A stretch of DNA of 64,000 nucleotides from Strigamia acuminata. Its lineage: Eukaryota. Location of the stretch: the NCBI GenBank assembly GCA_949358305.1, contig OX442314.1, forward strand, positions 25,048,001 through 25,112,000. The letters are read 5' to 3'. The translations under genes were made by a program, and so were the position numbers. Positions 13,042 to 25,337 of the stretch are shown here, in pieces; positions within the stretch are counted from its first letter, which is position 1; the number at the start of each line of letters is the position of its first letter. Under the pieces are notes generated by a model. It saw nothing but the letters and a program-made list of their open reading frames with translations, ran no database searches and had not been told where the DNA came from.

Positions 13042-13445
13042 CTTATTTCAAATTTTTAGATAATTACGTGTGCAATAAGATACAGCATATCACTATAGAA
13101 ATTTCATTTTGTTATGGAATTGCTATTTATTGGATGTGGACCTTTTTTGCTGTTATTTGAGCGATATTAAACTTTGTTTTATTCCTACACCACTTGTAAA
13201 TCTAATATACAGCAATTGCTTTTGTGTTATTGTTTAAAGTTCTGTGGAATGTTATTATTTGTTACCCTGGGTGCTCTTACACTGTTAGGCAATAAGCAAT
13301 ATTATTATTAATATTATTGTGTTTTAGAGTAGACGGCAACCCACAAATACGAGAAAATGAACTATTTAAGCAAAAACTGCACTTTTTTTTAAAATAAAAT
13401 AATTAATTACTGACAAATAATGTCGTCAACCCTTGGGGCCCCTCC

Positions 13446-13708
13446 AGTTCGCGCCCGGTATCTTGATGCCAGATTCAAACTGCGCATCACATTCTATGCG
13501 ATTGTCAAGCTTGTTGCACACTAAGGAAATAAAACAACAATATTTCAATGCTGTAAATTACTTTTATTGTTTTTTATTTACTTTATTTCAGCCTTATTAG
13601 GCCTAATATTAGGCTTAACACTGCTAAATAACAACTGGAATTAAAAAATTGTCTGCGCAGAGTGGGATGCGCAGTACGAATTTAGCATCAAGATACCGGG
13701 CGCGAACT
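13446..13708. mobile_element. MITE with ~55-bp TIRs; decayed relatives lie between array genes (~49730-49930, 51050-51280, 55880-56060, 59815-60010)
   Basis: AGTTCGCGCCCGGTATCTTGATGC...GCATCAAGATACCGGGCGCGAACT inverted ends; internal sequence matches those array segments in reverse complement. Confidence 0.75.
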
Positions 13709-15059
13709 ATAGTTAATAAAAAATACGGAGTAAACTTTAGTGTAAGAGTCAGATTTCTTTTTTTTTTTGGCTACATGCAGATTTGCTTAGAACAAGTGTT
13801 GAAGATGTAATAAAAATGTAATCAAATAAGCCTAATTTTAGGGTAATTGTCGCGAGTAAAGCAATTAAAATAATTCCATCTGCCGATATGAAAAGGGCTA
13901 TAGGCTTTAGATTCGAGAATGTGATGGTTGATAGGATGTGAAAATGAAAGTGAGTGCGACATTTGCAAATATCACGTTTTAAGCGTGCCACAATTTCCAT
14001 TTAAGAAGATTTAAAAGATTTAGATAAAAGGGCGCCACTTAAATGCAATGAGAAATGAGGCAAATCGCAAATTTATTGCGCGTAATTAAACACAAAAGTT
14101 TGTCATGTTTTGACTTTATTACGTTAAATTACGTGGATCTGTTCATTAAAGATAATACGAGTGTTGCGGCACAGCCACCCGCGCGCGGGACAAAAATGCT
14201 GCCGCATCGACTGTGCGCGCTCGTGGATCAGTTTCACACGATCGTGCGCAACGAAACAATTTGTCATCAAGGTTTTGCTACAATATCGAAATATTGACAC
14301 GTCAATTTTACACGAGGAATATTGCTGCTATTGCTGCAACTGCAATCAATTCTCATCAGCTCTTTATTGTTTCAATAAACACTTAAATGCTCGTGTGAAA
14401 TATTATGATCTGAGACGACACGCGTTATCAAAACAAATGAGTCTCGCATTCGCGGCCTATATACTAAACATTCCACTGGGTCGTTGTTTACAATAACGAT
14501 CAACACCAAATGAAAATGTTAAGATGGGGGAAAATGGAGTTTAATGGCAGTGCGAGGACTTTGAGCACATTTTATTTTATGGAGTGTAGTATGGAGTCAA
14601 ACTTTTAAGGACAAATGGTAATGGGTTTTTTTTTTTGTTTTTTTTTTTTAAAAGGGAATTTTAAAAATTGTTTTGGTTGATTGTTTTGGTGTTTTGGGGG
14701 GGGGGGGAGGGAAAGAGATTGGTTTTTTTTTAGCGGATGGAAAGTTTTATGGCAAGTTGGTGTATTGTTGGAATTAATTGTGAAAAGTTGGGATTTGATT
14801 AGTTGTTAGTTAGGAGTGGTTAGTTTTTGAGTTTTGAAATTATAAAATGGTGTTGGGGTGAGGCTGTGGAGTGGTTTTTTATTTATTTTTTTATTTGTGT
14901 TGCTGGTTTTTTGTACAGTGTGGTCGATTGGTATTGATTTTTGATAGGAAGGTGTAATTTTTAATTGACTCGTGGAAAAAGACAATTTATTTAGTGATTC
15001 TTTGTTGCTCTGAAATGAATTGTTTCAGTTAATAATTAAAATATTTGGAAGTTTTACAA

Positions 15060-15410
15060 GAGGAATTTGAAATTTTCTTTGAAGAATTCGAAGTTTTCAT
15101 CTAAGAATTCAAAGTTCTCAAAGAAGAATTCGAAGATTTTGGATAAAAATCCGAATTTTTATGCAATGAAAAGCCGAGTTGTTTAAAAAAAAGGTAAAAT
15201 TCTGATTTAAACCCAAATTTTCTGATAAAAATTTTCATTATTTGTCCGATAAAAATCCCGATTTTTCCGGTAAAATTCCAAATTTTTTCCGATGAAAATC
15301 CTAATTTTTTCCGATAAACATCCCGATTTTCACGATAAAAAATTTCGATTTCTCCAATCAAAATTCGGATTATTCCAATATATATCCAAATTTTTCCAAT
15401 ATAAATCAAC
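15060..15410. repeat. Degenerate ~20-bp tandem repeat (CCGATAAAAATCCCGATTTTT-like)
   Basis: Recurrent ccgataaaa..cc.a.ttttt units read directly. Confidence 0.6.
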
Positions 15411-15419
15411 ACTATATCC

Positions 15420-15736
15420 CAGGGGTTCCCAAACTTTTTAGCATCGCGCCCCATTTTTAAGCAAAGCGATCTTCCGCGCCCCACTTAATCTACCGGTGCA
15501 TTAAATTTTTCAAAAATGAATCTAAATGAAAATCAAAATGAATCAAAATCAAAATGAATCTAGATAGAATAGACTCTTCTAGACGACAAGACAAGTGCAC
15601 TATTCTATAACTATAAGATAAGATAAGATAACTAAGATATGTTGATTGTTAAAATTAAAAAAAAAAAAAAATTTTGTGAGCGATGCGTCGCGCCCCACCA
15701 AAAATCAGCTCGCGCCTCACCGTTTGGGAAACGCTG
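15420..15736. mobile_element. hAT (Charlie-like) MITE
   Basis: CAGGGGTTCCCAAAC...GTTTGGGAAACGCTG ends; 8-bp TSD CTATATCC (15412-15419 and 15737-15744). Confidence 0.9.
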
Positions 15737-17412
15737 CTATATCCAATAAAATCCTCAAATTTTACTACATAAAAAAAAAAAACAAAAAAAAAGACGTGAT
15801 TTTAAAAATGGAGCTACTCAAGAGTTGTGCATAACATTATAATGACCTGATATTTATCTCACGTCTCCTTTATCCCTAAAAAAATGATGGCTTCACCTTC
15901 CCTCTCATCCCATCACTCGATTTTGCAATCGCCATTCAAGTCTACAACGCCAGAATTTTATAATAAATCTTATAACAAAAAAAAAAAATTTCTAACTTCT
16001 TGACCCTTGACCCGAAGGATTTGATTTGACTCCAAATTGCCCTTGTAGCCTCTTAATGACGGGCAAATTAATTAAAACTCAACACGAGAATTTGCATGGC
16101 AGCAAAATACCAGCATTGCTCACATTGACCTTTTGGGCCTTAAGCCGACAGGGAAAGTTTTTGTGGAACGTGATTGAAACTGTCTAACGACTCGCTTTAT
16201 GCGGATCCAGTGATGAGTGCGAGTCGGTATAAAATATAAAAATTTCTTATCATTTAATACATCGAACGAGATAGCGGATTCGGCTTTGAGGCAAACATTA
16301 CGAACCAATCAAGACAGACCATAAATACATTTCACTTGCTTCGTGAGCTTCGAGCCACAATGAAAAATAATGATAATTGGCCAACGTTAATTGCCACCCA
16401 CCACTAACTAGATTTCAACGTTCGTTTTATTCGAAAAGTTAAAAAAAAAAATTTAAAAAATAAAAAAAAATAAAAAATTTCGATTTTTCTAAGTTTTATT
16501 TTTTTTAGTTTTGTAGAGTTTCGCGTTTTAAATTTCCTGTGTTTTATGCAAAAGTTTGTAGGGCCGGTCAATACTTATAAATATTTCAAAGGTCTTGGAG
16601 GTCTTGACTGAAAACAAACACCGCGTTGAATGCGTTTGCACATTGCATTACAACTGGCATTTAACCCGTGATGCAAGTTTTTTCTTGTCAGAAATTGCTA
16701 CAAATTGACTGGAGAATGGGGGTGACCAGAATGACAATGCGATGCTTATCGTTGGTCAGCAAAAGTGACAATCGGCTTATGGGATTTTTGTCTTTTTGAC
16801 TATTTGCTCCAAAGTAACATGAGTCCTGTCAATTAGTTTTTGCTGAGGACACAAACAAAAGCTGTAGTCGAGTTTGTCTTGTTTATTCTTTTTTTCCTTT
16901 TTTAAACAAGACTTAAGCAGGTGACACGCCCTTCAGATAAACATGAGTGAAAACAAACATTTGCCATCATTAATTATATTTTTTGTTTACATTTTTGTTC
17001 TCTTCGTCATTTTCTCGTTCTCTACGCCTAGTGCGGAGAAAGACGTAGTTCTACCATTTTGAATTTGATTTTAAAAACTAAAACGAGGCATAAAATACTT
17101 CAAAAACTACTGTTGTTGTCATTTGTGTTTTTGCTGATGGTTTCTAGCTGGTTTTATTGACCATTCTGTTTGTTTATCGAAACACCAAAAACAGGAAAAA
17201 TATAAAGACTTTGAATGCACTTATTGAAATTTATTCTTGATAAAAATTCAATAATAAATAATACATAGAAATTGATGACATTAAACAAACAGGAAAAATA
17301 CTAATTTTTGACAGTGATGGATAAATGTTGAATCTAAAAATAATTGTATCGATAAACATCTTTTCTGATTTTATTTTTCTTGCTGTGAAATTAAATTTTA
17401 TGAACGCGCATT

Positions 17413-17801
17413 AGGGCTGGATTAAGTGCGGACGGGGGCAAGGGGCAGATGTTTTTGTCTATAAATGCATTTTTTCACCGGAAAATGCGCAGTTTTGTGT
17501 AAAAATGCAATTTTTTCCACTCAAAATGAATTTATTTTCCCTAAAATTGCATTTTTCCGCCAGCAAATGCATTTTTTTTTGCTCGAAAATGTTGTGAAGA
17601 TGTCATTACCGAATATTCATGTTACAAGTGGATTTTTGGTCTGAGGGGGCCCCTTCTTGCATCTTTTTTGGGGGGCTCCAATCTCTGAGGTTCTTCTCCT
17701 TTGAGAACTGCGAGATTTTATAAATTTGCTTTGATTCATGGGCCTCCTTATCATGAGTGTCCCGGACCCCCCCCCCCCCCCCGAAACTTTAATCCAGCCC
17801 T
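17413..17801. mobile_element. Probable old MITE
   Basis: AGGGCTGGATTAA...TTAATCCAGCCCT inverted ends with G/C-rich subtermini; no TSD recognisable. Confidence 0.55.
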
Positions 17802-17926
17802 CAAAAGAAGTCTCGATGATGGAAATATAGGAATACACATTACAACAAGGCGTAAATTATCGAGTAAAATTTAGCTTTTTATTGCCAGTTTTTAGTTTGT
17901 GTACAGAAACATTTTGATATGATTTC

Positions 17927-18187
17927 TTAAGCCTCTTTGTCACGGTGGCAATGTGGACATTTGCAACAATTACAAGGGGGTGGGGGGCAATGTGATGGTT
18001 GCTCAAGGTGATATCCATCAGGACATGGAAATGTTCTACAAACAAGTGCACATTTGTGACAAATGATAGGTGATGATTCTAAGGAGAATGGCACACTCGA
18101 AAGAAGCAAAATTTGAATCAGAATCTTAAAAACACATGTGTCGTAAATGTTATAAGTTTAGGATTTGGAGTAAGCTTATACCTTCAT
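17927..18187 (-). CDS. Cys-rich secreted peptide, array locus 1 (exons 18187-18182, 18124-17927)
   Basis: MK|ILIQILLLSSVPFSLESSPIICHKCALVCRTFPCPDGYHLEQPSHCPPPPCNCCKCPHCHRDKEA*; 10 Cys. Confidence 0.85.
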
Positions 18188-19043
18188 TTTGTTGTTTTTT
18201 GGTTGTGGAATTTTGCACAATTTCTTATATGACAATTATTTTTTTGCAATAAAGCAGCAAGAAAATTGGAGTGTTTGGTAGGTTGTATCCTATGCTATAA
18301 ACTAGAATAGTTTTATAGTGTACAATGCTGTTCTGTAATAAGTGTTATAATATAAGTCAAGTAGTTTTTATGGGTATAAACAGGATACACTCTAACTCTG
18401 TTACAGACAGAGAAACTACATGCATTCACAGTCATTAAAGCTAGGTTCACACATGTGTTCACACTATACTCTGGCCAACTGTAACTTGGGCCTATAGACA
18501 GTTTTCGCATTAGGATTTGCGCATGCGCGCCACCATGCAGCGCCATCTTTTGGCAAAATTCGAAAGCCTTCGAGTAGGTAAACAAACCATACCACTGCTA
18601 CCACCATACCACCGCTACTACCGTTTTAGACGATAAATCGATTGTTTGGACAACAATTTGGCAATAATTACACAAATTGCAGACCATATGTCTTGTAAGT
18701 CGATGGCTGGTTGAAAAGTTATCAAATAGTAGTAGGTGTAGTAGGTAGTAGGTGTGCAAATAGCCAAAGATTTCAGAGTTTGTGTGAGATTTAAAGCGAA
18801 ACACAATCGATTTTCAAGAGTTTTTTCCCAATTTTTCGATTCAATTCAACCTGTTTTGCTCGCAGAAAAGGAAGTAGAAGCGGAGCGAATCGCCACTACT
18901 ACCGGCTCGGTAGGCTCGTGTTTTATCTCCACGAATGCAAGATTCTCACAAAACCTGCGATGCAGGAGCTTGTCGAAAAGCTGCAGTAACAAGCTGGTTA
19001 GTAGCTGACGTCGCTGGCTCTCGGATTTGGGCGGCAACACAGT

Positions 19044-19594
19044 GGCCGCGCACCGCAAAGCAAACGCGAGTGGCGCCCAAGCCCGAACGATTGCCGAGTG
19101 GTGAACGGCGCAGGAAGGCAAAAGGCAACGAGAAACAACTGCACACAAACAAGAACACGTCATCCAAAGAGCAAACGAGCGCTTCCGATAAAAAATGTGC
19201 AGTAGGTTTGTGTCTGTGTTTTTGTCAGTCGACCGTCACCGGTCGAATGTTGCGGCCGTCAGCCGTCGGCTTTCGACCGTCAGCTGTCGAATGTCGCGGC
19301 CGTCAGCTGTCGACTGTCGCGTCCGTCGGACGTCAGGTGTCGACTGTCTCGTCCGTCGGACGTCGACTGTTGCGGCCGTCGCTGCTGACGGCCGCGACAT
19401 TCGACCGGTGACGGTCGACTGACGAAAAACACAGACACAAACCTACTGCACATTTTTTATCGGAAGCGCTCGTTTGCTCTTTGGATGACGTGTTCTTGTT
19501 TGTGTGCAGTTGTTTCTCGTTGCTCTGCACCGTTCACCACTCGGCAATCGTTCGGGCTTGGGCGCCACTCGCGTTTGCTTTGCGGTGCGCGGCC
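19044..19594. repeat. Long inverted repeat (arms 19044-19263 and 19384-19594, ~120-bp GTCGAC-rich spacer)
   Basis: Arms are reverse complements with few mismatches and one ~10-nt indel; the mirrored ORFs 18935+ and 19443- share PRTAKQTRVAPKPERLPSGER. Confidence 0.95.
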
Positions 19595-19659
19595 GCTGAC
19601 TGCGAGTCAATGCCGTGTCCCGTCGACTGCGAGTCGACGCCGTGTCTCGCCGACTGCGA

Positions 19660-19910
19660 GTCGATGCCGTGTCCACCTTAATGTGAACGATTCCATTAAT
19701 CCGCTGGCACTTGTCGAGTATGGCATCCTGAATGTGAACGTGCCAGTCGTCGTCGTACTCGACATCCGGGTGGAACAAGTTCCTCACTTTCAAACACTAC
19801 GTCAAACTCACGGGCGGCGAGTTCGTACCTCCGTCCGAGTGCTCGAACGCCTGTCCCTGCCACGACTTCTTGGCGTCGAAGCGCTTCTTCTTGACCCAAT
19901 GCCAGTAGAC
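19660..19910 (-). pseudogene. LEMD3: Captured fragment of inner nuclear membrane protein MAN1 (linker plus start of the C-terminal RRM/UHM), with one stop
   Basis: VYWHWVKKKRFDAKKSWQGQAFEHSDGGTNSPPVSLT*CLKVRNLFHPDVEYDDDWHVHIQDAILDKCQRINGIVHIKVD matches the MAN1 signature WQGQAF..NSPP.SLTPCLKIRNMFDP..WH..IQEAILEKC..GIVHI.VD. Confidence 0.88.
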
Positions 19911-20974
19911 TGTGAAAGCGGAGAATTGTCGACAAAGTGTGACAGGTTATGGTTGGGAATAATATTGTTCACGTTGAGGTTGCGAAGCGCGTTTGAATTT
20001 TCACTACCATAGTTTCTTGTCGCAGGAATTTGTGAAAAGTAACCTTTTTATTAAAATTTTGGGCATTGTTGTTGCATTCAGCACACAACATGACCTTTAG
20101 GTTTTTTCTCAGATTGTTGGGTTTCGGACGGTTGACATTGTTTGTATTCCATCGTAAACACGAATACTACACGAACGAATCAACAACCGGAAATGGTTTT
20201 TTACCTACTTGGGAAATGTTAAATTTTCTCGCTAGGTGGCGCGCATGCCAATGCGAAAACTGTCTATTTCCCATTGGATGAGCCTCATTACTCCTAACTG
20301 TGGTCTGTGTGCTACCACCAGGAAAAATAGTTCAGTTTGGTTTTAAATTTGTTTTATTATTTTTATCATTGAAATGATGTAATATTGTTTTTATTTTATC
20401 AGAAAATGTATCTTCAAGTCATAAAATAAAGATCATGTTGGTTTGTTTCACGATTCATGTTCATTAAGTTTATTGCTTGCTTTTTCTGGAAAGCAAACAA
20501 TTTTCCATATTTTTTATTGGTTGTTTTGACTGGACAGCATTCAAAATGTCAGCCAGTGTTTTGATCTATTCTTTGGTGTCACTACACCAGTGAAAAGGCT
20601 CATCAATGGGAAATAGGCCGAAGTTACAGTTGGCCAGAGTATAGACACAACGCAAGAAAACTGACGCAATGCAAGCCAATTCTTGCTTCAACTCAAAGTT
20701 GAAGTAAGCGATGCAACGAAAGGAAAGGTCTTGCAGCCAACCAATCACGATAGATTTCAACTCTCGTCGATTCACGTCTGGTTGGCGAGACTTTACCACA
20801 TGCAAACAGGCCGCCATTTTCTGATTCTGGAACTTTTTTATTATAAAATTAAAATGTTATTATTTACTGAGTTTTGTGCGGAGTGTGTAAATGTAGGAAC
20901 AATAAAACACAAAAAATGTTAAGTAACTTTTGCTTTATTCTCTGTATTCATTTTGTGAACAGATTGATTCAAAA

Positions 20975-21269
20975 TTAGTAGCGTTTCGTACGACGTAAGC
21001 TTTTCAACCATGGGTAACGCTGACACTTTGAACACCCACAACACCCAGAACATGGGCGGCAGTTTGGTTTTACAGGGTAGTAGCCAACATCGCACTTAGG
21101 GTCCGCACATTTAATTAAACACCGTAGACATTTTCTAGCTTCTGCTGATGAGACTACCACAATCAAAATAAAAATAATTGGAAAAAAAATCTGAAAATAA
21201 ATAAATACCGTAAATAAATACAAGTGCATTTGTAAGGTTTAGGTTATTGTGTGTATAATGTACCTTCAT
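20975..21269 (-). CDS. Cys-rich secreted peptide, locus 2 (exons 21269-21264, 21190-20975)
   Basis: MK|IFFPIIFILIVVVSSAEARKCLRCLIKCADPKCDVGYYPVKPNCRPCSGCCGCSKCQRYPWLKSLRRTKRY*; basic tail. Confidence 0.88.
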
Positions 21270-22359
21270 TTTCTTAGTTGTAGTGAACGTCGTTGTTGCG
21301 AATTTGTACAATTTCTGCTTCTTTTTGCTTGCAATCTAATGCTGCCGTTGTATATTCTCGCTTATATTTTTTCGGATTTTTATTTATTTTTTATTATAAT
21401 GAGTGTATTATTGCTATAAACTATAAATCTCATTAGTGTGTGCAATGTGCTGCAAGAAGTGTTTTAATTAGTACAAACAAATTATCAGATATTAAGGATA
21501 TAAAGATAATTGGCATGATTTTTTTATTGCTAAAAACTGAACTTTTTGAATAAATATTTACTGTAAATTTAAGTAAAAACTGGAACCAACCCTAATATTA
21601 TTTCCTAGAGTTGAACAGTCACTTTTGAAATTAATGTTTATTGTTTAACGAAAACCAACCGAGGCAATTCAACTTTGGTTTTTAAGAACAGTAAAATTTA
21701 AAAACTATGTGTCTTAAGCTTTATTTCTTTCCTGATCAGAATACTCAAATGTTTGGACTTTTTTTTTTACATTATTCTTTAAAAGTCAAGTGCGCTGAGT
21801 GGATTTTGGGCATTTATCATTGTTTAATAACAATCACAATATCGGGTGTTGACAAGAGTCTTGTTAAACAAGACAAAGAATCATGGGAGTATGATGTTGT
21901 CAGTTCTCTAGTTCAGTTGACCCGAAACTAATTCTGAGCTTAGGTTGATATTATTTCAAACGAGGGAATGAAAACTGTTGTCTGCGCATCAGACTGTGCT
22001 TGTGCAACATTACCAGAACAGAACTGATGACCTAGGTCAGGGGTTCTCTAACTTTTTAATATTACGGCGTACTTTTTAGAAAGGTAGGCTATCACGACCT
22101 ACTTCATTCTCAGCACATTGAATTTAAGTTAAGATTACTACAAAAGTTTCTTAGTGCTCTACAACTTGTTAATTGGAATTTTTGCTGTATCTTACTTAAA
22201 CGGTTTAAAAAATACAAAATGAATGACCTTGAAGAATTTAAGGTCACCACTGAATAACCCAAATCAACTTTCTATTTGATCACATCAGTAGAATTGATAT
22301 ATCTTCACTCCGTTTCAAGAAAAAAAAGGTGTTTTTACACTTTTGACTCACCCTGTATA

Positions 22360-22820
22360 CCATACTGCCTCATTTAAACGCCCAGGCGTTTAATTTTTTT
22401 TTGGGCATACGGCCAGGCGGTAATTTGATACTAGGCGTTTACTCGAGCCAAGCGTTTAACTAGAAAAATAGTCAAAAATAAGTTATCGAGAAAACAAAGT
22501 AGCAAAAAAATATTTCTTCATGGAAATAAATTTGTTTTTATATTTTGCAATTATTTACACATCTCATTGAGCTAATAAGTGATCAGAAACACCGAAGGCA
22601 CCCGGATTGGAAGTGCCAACAATTGCAATAGCTTCAATTTCCGAAACTTCTAAAACGTTATGGATACATAATTGGCCATTTCCGCGTTTACCCGGCGCCA
22701 ATTTGAAACCCGGCGTTAATACGAGGCCGGCGTTTATAAACCACTTTGTGTACGCCTGCCCGTCGTTAAAAATGGGCCTGGCGTTTGAATGAATCCGGGC
22801 GTTTAAATGAGGCAGTACGG
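22360..22820. mobile_element. pogo/Tigger-like MITE, TA TSD
   Basis: TA|CCATACTGCCTCATTTAAACGCCC...GGGCGTTTAAATGAGGCAGTACGG|TA with subterminal GGCGTTT repeats. Confidence 0.85.
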
Positions 22821-23351
22821 TATTTATGTTTAGTTAAAAATTAAAACTGACCGTAACATCGGTTTTAGGTCTTATGCCTAGTTGACACTTGTACTACTTT
22901 TGTAGAAGTTGCGACTTTTAGAAAGTCTAATTTCTTCAAGTGTAAATGATCTATTTAAGACCATTCACACTTACAGATTTCTAGCTCTAATAGAGCTAGA
23001 AATATGTAAACTTTTTAGAAGAAAGGTAGTTTTATTCTCTATTTTTTGATGTGTTGTATTAAGTTTTGCAGCATTTAAAAGTACTTTATTTTAAGGCCGA
23101 AAGTAACCTTAAAAATTGAATTGGCATCCATCTTTTATTTTGAATTTCCCCAAGATCAGTAGCGTTACGGTATGAGGGTGTTTTAGAATTGTGACGTCAA
23201 ATTGTAGTAGTCACTTCGAGTGTGAACATGGCATCAGAGTGAGCAGTGTGTAAATGTATGAACAATAAAACTTAAAAACTAAATACACTTAGCTGCATTT
23301 ATTTTTTCTGATTAGGATACTGTAATTTTTGAAGTATTTATACGATATTTC

Positions 23352-23628
23352 TTAATCTATTCCACGGTAATTTTGCTGACAAGTTTCGCATCCACAGCAT
23401 CCACAAGGATGACATGGTGGTCGTTCCACGAGGTGATACCCTGGCTCACATACAGGTGGTGGCCCACAATATAAATCACACGTTACACAAGCTGATGACG
23501 CTAATGAGAGCATCACACTCGCGATAAGCAAAAATTGAAAAAGAATCTAGAAATAAACAAATGTCACTTTTTATTGTGAATTAGTAAATAGATAAATATC
23601 TGAGATTTAGTGTCTATCATACCTTCAT
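23352..23628 (-). CDS. Cys-rich secreted peptide, locus 3 (exons 23628-23623, 23546-23352)
   Basis: MK|ILFQFLLIASVMLSLASSACVTCDLYCGPPPVCEPGYHLVERPPCHPCGCCGCETCQQNYRGID*; absent from the ORF track. Confidence 0.88.
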
Positions 23629-24295
23629 TTGCCGTCCTTTTGCAAAATAATGGTAAAGTCGTTTATTCGCGACTATTTATATTGCATATTTTTGCAATGT
23701 AATTAATTTCCTGTAATTAGGTATTTTTTTAAAAAAAATTGGAGTGTTTGATACAATTTGTTCCTTTTGTTCTTTTATCCTTATTTTTCGCAATAGTAAC
23801 ATACGCTTTGTTTTCAATAAGCGGGTGTCGCAACTTCGAACCTATTTATAATATTTAGCAAAATACAATGTGCGGGGTATTACACTGAGAATTTACCACT
23901 AGCTTTGTCTAAAAATAGCCGCGAAGGAGATTAGGGCTAACAAAACAACAATTGGTCTCCCGACCAATCCCGAGGCGCGTAACAAACCGCTTTTGACGTC
24001 TGATTGGTGCTTATCGAGAAGAAAAACTTTTTTTGGAATTAAAGGGTCCCCGCCGCTGCGTGGGGCCTTTCTCTTTTGAAAACGGCGGGATTCTGTAAAT
24101 TCATTTCTTGCTCATGGTTCCCTCTCACATACGTAGAGAATTTTATTATTTACTGAGATTCGTGTGCAGTATATGAAAATGTAGGAACAGTAAAACAGTA
24201 AAAACATTAACTAACTTTTGCTTTATTCTCTGTATTCATTTTGTGAACAGATTAATACAAAATTAGTTGCGTTTTATGCAATTTAATATGTTCCG

Positions 24296-24557
24296 TCACC
24301 ACGGGTAACGCTCACACTTTGAACATTCACAACACCCAGAACATGGTCGGCAGTATGGTTTCACAAGGCGATAACCATCAGCGCACTTAATGTCCAGACA
24401 TCGAAATAAACACAATGGACAAAAAGGTATAGCTGTGGTTGATGCGAAGACCACTATCAAAATAAAGGTAATCTGAAAAAGCATCTGAAAATAAATAAAT
24501 ACAAATGCATAAGGTTTAGGTAATCGGGCGAACAGTACACTGTACATGTACCTTCAT
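24296..24557 (-). CDS. Cys-rich secreted peptide, locus 4 (exons 24557-24552, 24484-24296)
   Basis: MK|MLFQITFILIVVFASTTAIPFCPLCLFRCLDIKCADGYRLVKPYCRPCSGCCECSKCERYPW*. Confidence 0.88.
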
Positions 24558-25061
24558 TTTTTTTAGTTGAAACGAATGTGGTTTGTTGTAAAATTCGACA
24601 ATTTCTGCTTCTATTTCTTTGCAGTCTTATACTCTGTGTGTTATGTAGTCTCGCTTATTTTTTTGCGAATTTTTATTATTATTTTTATTATCATTAGTTA
24701 ATTATTGTTATAAACTATAAATCTCTGAATAATTTGCTGCAATATGTGTAAATATACACAAAGTATAAACAAATGAAAAATATATTGAGAATAAAAAGAT
24801 AATTGGCACGATTTTTTTATTGCTAAAAAGTGAATTTTTTGAATAAATATTTATATTTAATTAAAAAATGGAACCGACTCTAATATCGTTTCCCAAAGTT
24901 GCACAGCCAAAGATTTAACTTTTGGTATTAATGTTCAACGAAAACCGACCAAGGCAATTCAACTCTGGTTTTTAGGAACAGTAAAACTTAAAAACCAAGT
25001 ATCATATTCTTTATTTTTTTTTTGATCAAATGCTCAAATGCTCAAATATTTGGATTTTTTT

Positions 25062-25337
25062 TTATTGCACGGTTATAAGGCTGACAAATTTCGCATCCAC
25101 AACATCCACATGTTGGATGGCACGATGAACCCACAAGGTGATATTCAGGACCACACACAGGTGGTGTCACAGATTGCACAAATAGCAGTTGATGATGTTA
25201 ATGTGAGCACCACACTCGAGAGGAACAAAATTTGAAAAATAATCTAGAAATTAACAAATATCACTGACATTTGTGATTTAATAAATAAATAAATAAATAA
25301 ATATCTACGATTTAATGTCAAACAGGCATACATTCAT
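25062..25337 (-). pseudogene. Array locus 5, frameshifted
   Basis: MN|IIFQILFLSSVVLTLTSSTAICAICD, then a deletion shifts the frame to a stop; the downstream frame still reads PPVCGPEYHLVGSSCHPTCGCCGCEICQP. Confidence 0.8.

Larger units (their letters stand above)
18496..20265. mobile_element. Non-autonomous TIR element (AT duplication, possibly ISL2EU/PHIS-type) carrying a long hairpin and a MAN1 fragment
   Basis: TIR AGACAGTTTTCGCATT..GCATGCGCGCCACC / GGTGGCGCGCATGC..AATGCGAAAACTGTCT. The empty site, reconstructed from the opposite TIR of the outer MITE, implies an AT duplication (or no TSD if the ends are TAGAC..GTCTA). Confidence 0.8.
18467..20641. mobile_element. Outer TACTC-family MITE whose left TIR is interrupted by a second element
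   Basis: Left TACTCTGGCCAACTGTAACTTGGGCCTAT[insert]TTCCCATTGGATGAGCCT matches right AGGCTCATCAATGGGAAATAGGCCGAAGTTACAGTTGGCCAGAGTA; TA flanks. Confidence 0.85.

Noticed and set aside
14000..17200. CpG-richer patches and a G/T-rich tract that might be exons or RNA genes
   Set aside because: No consistent spliceable ORF and no tRNA/rRNA-like structure found; it may be regulatory but this is unsupported.
18754..19681. Cluster of overlapping 65-175 aa ORFs
   Set aside because: By-products of the GC-rich inverted repeat and short tandem repeats; only the MAN1 frame has recognisable homology.
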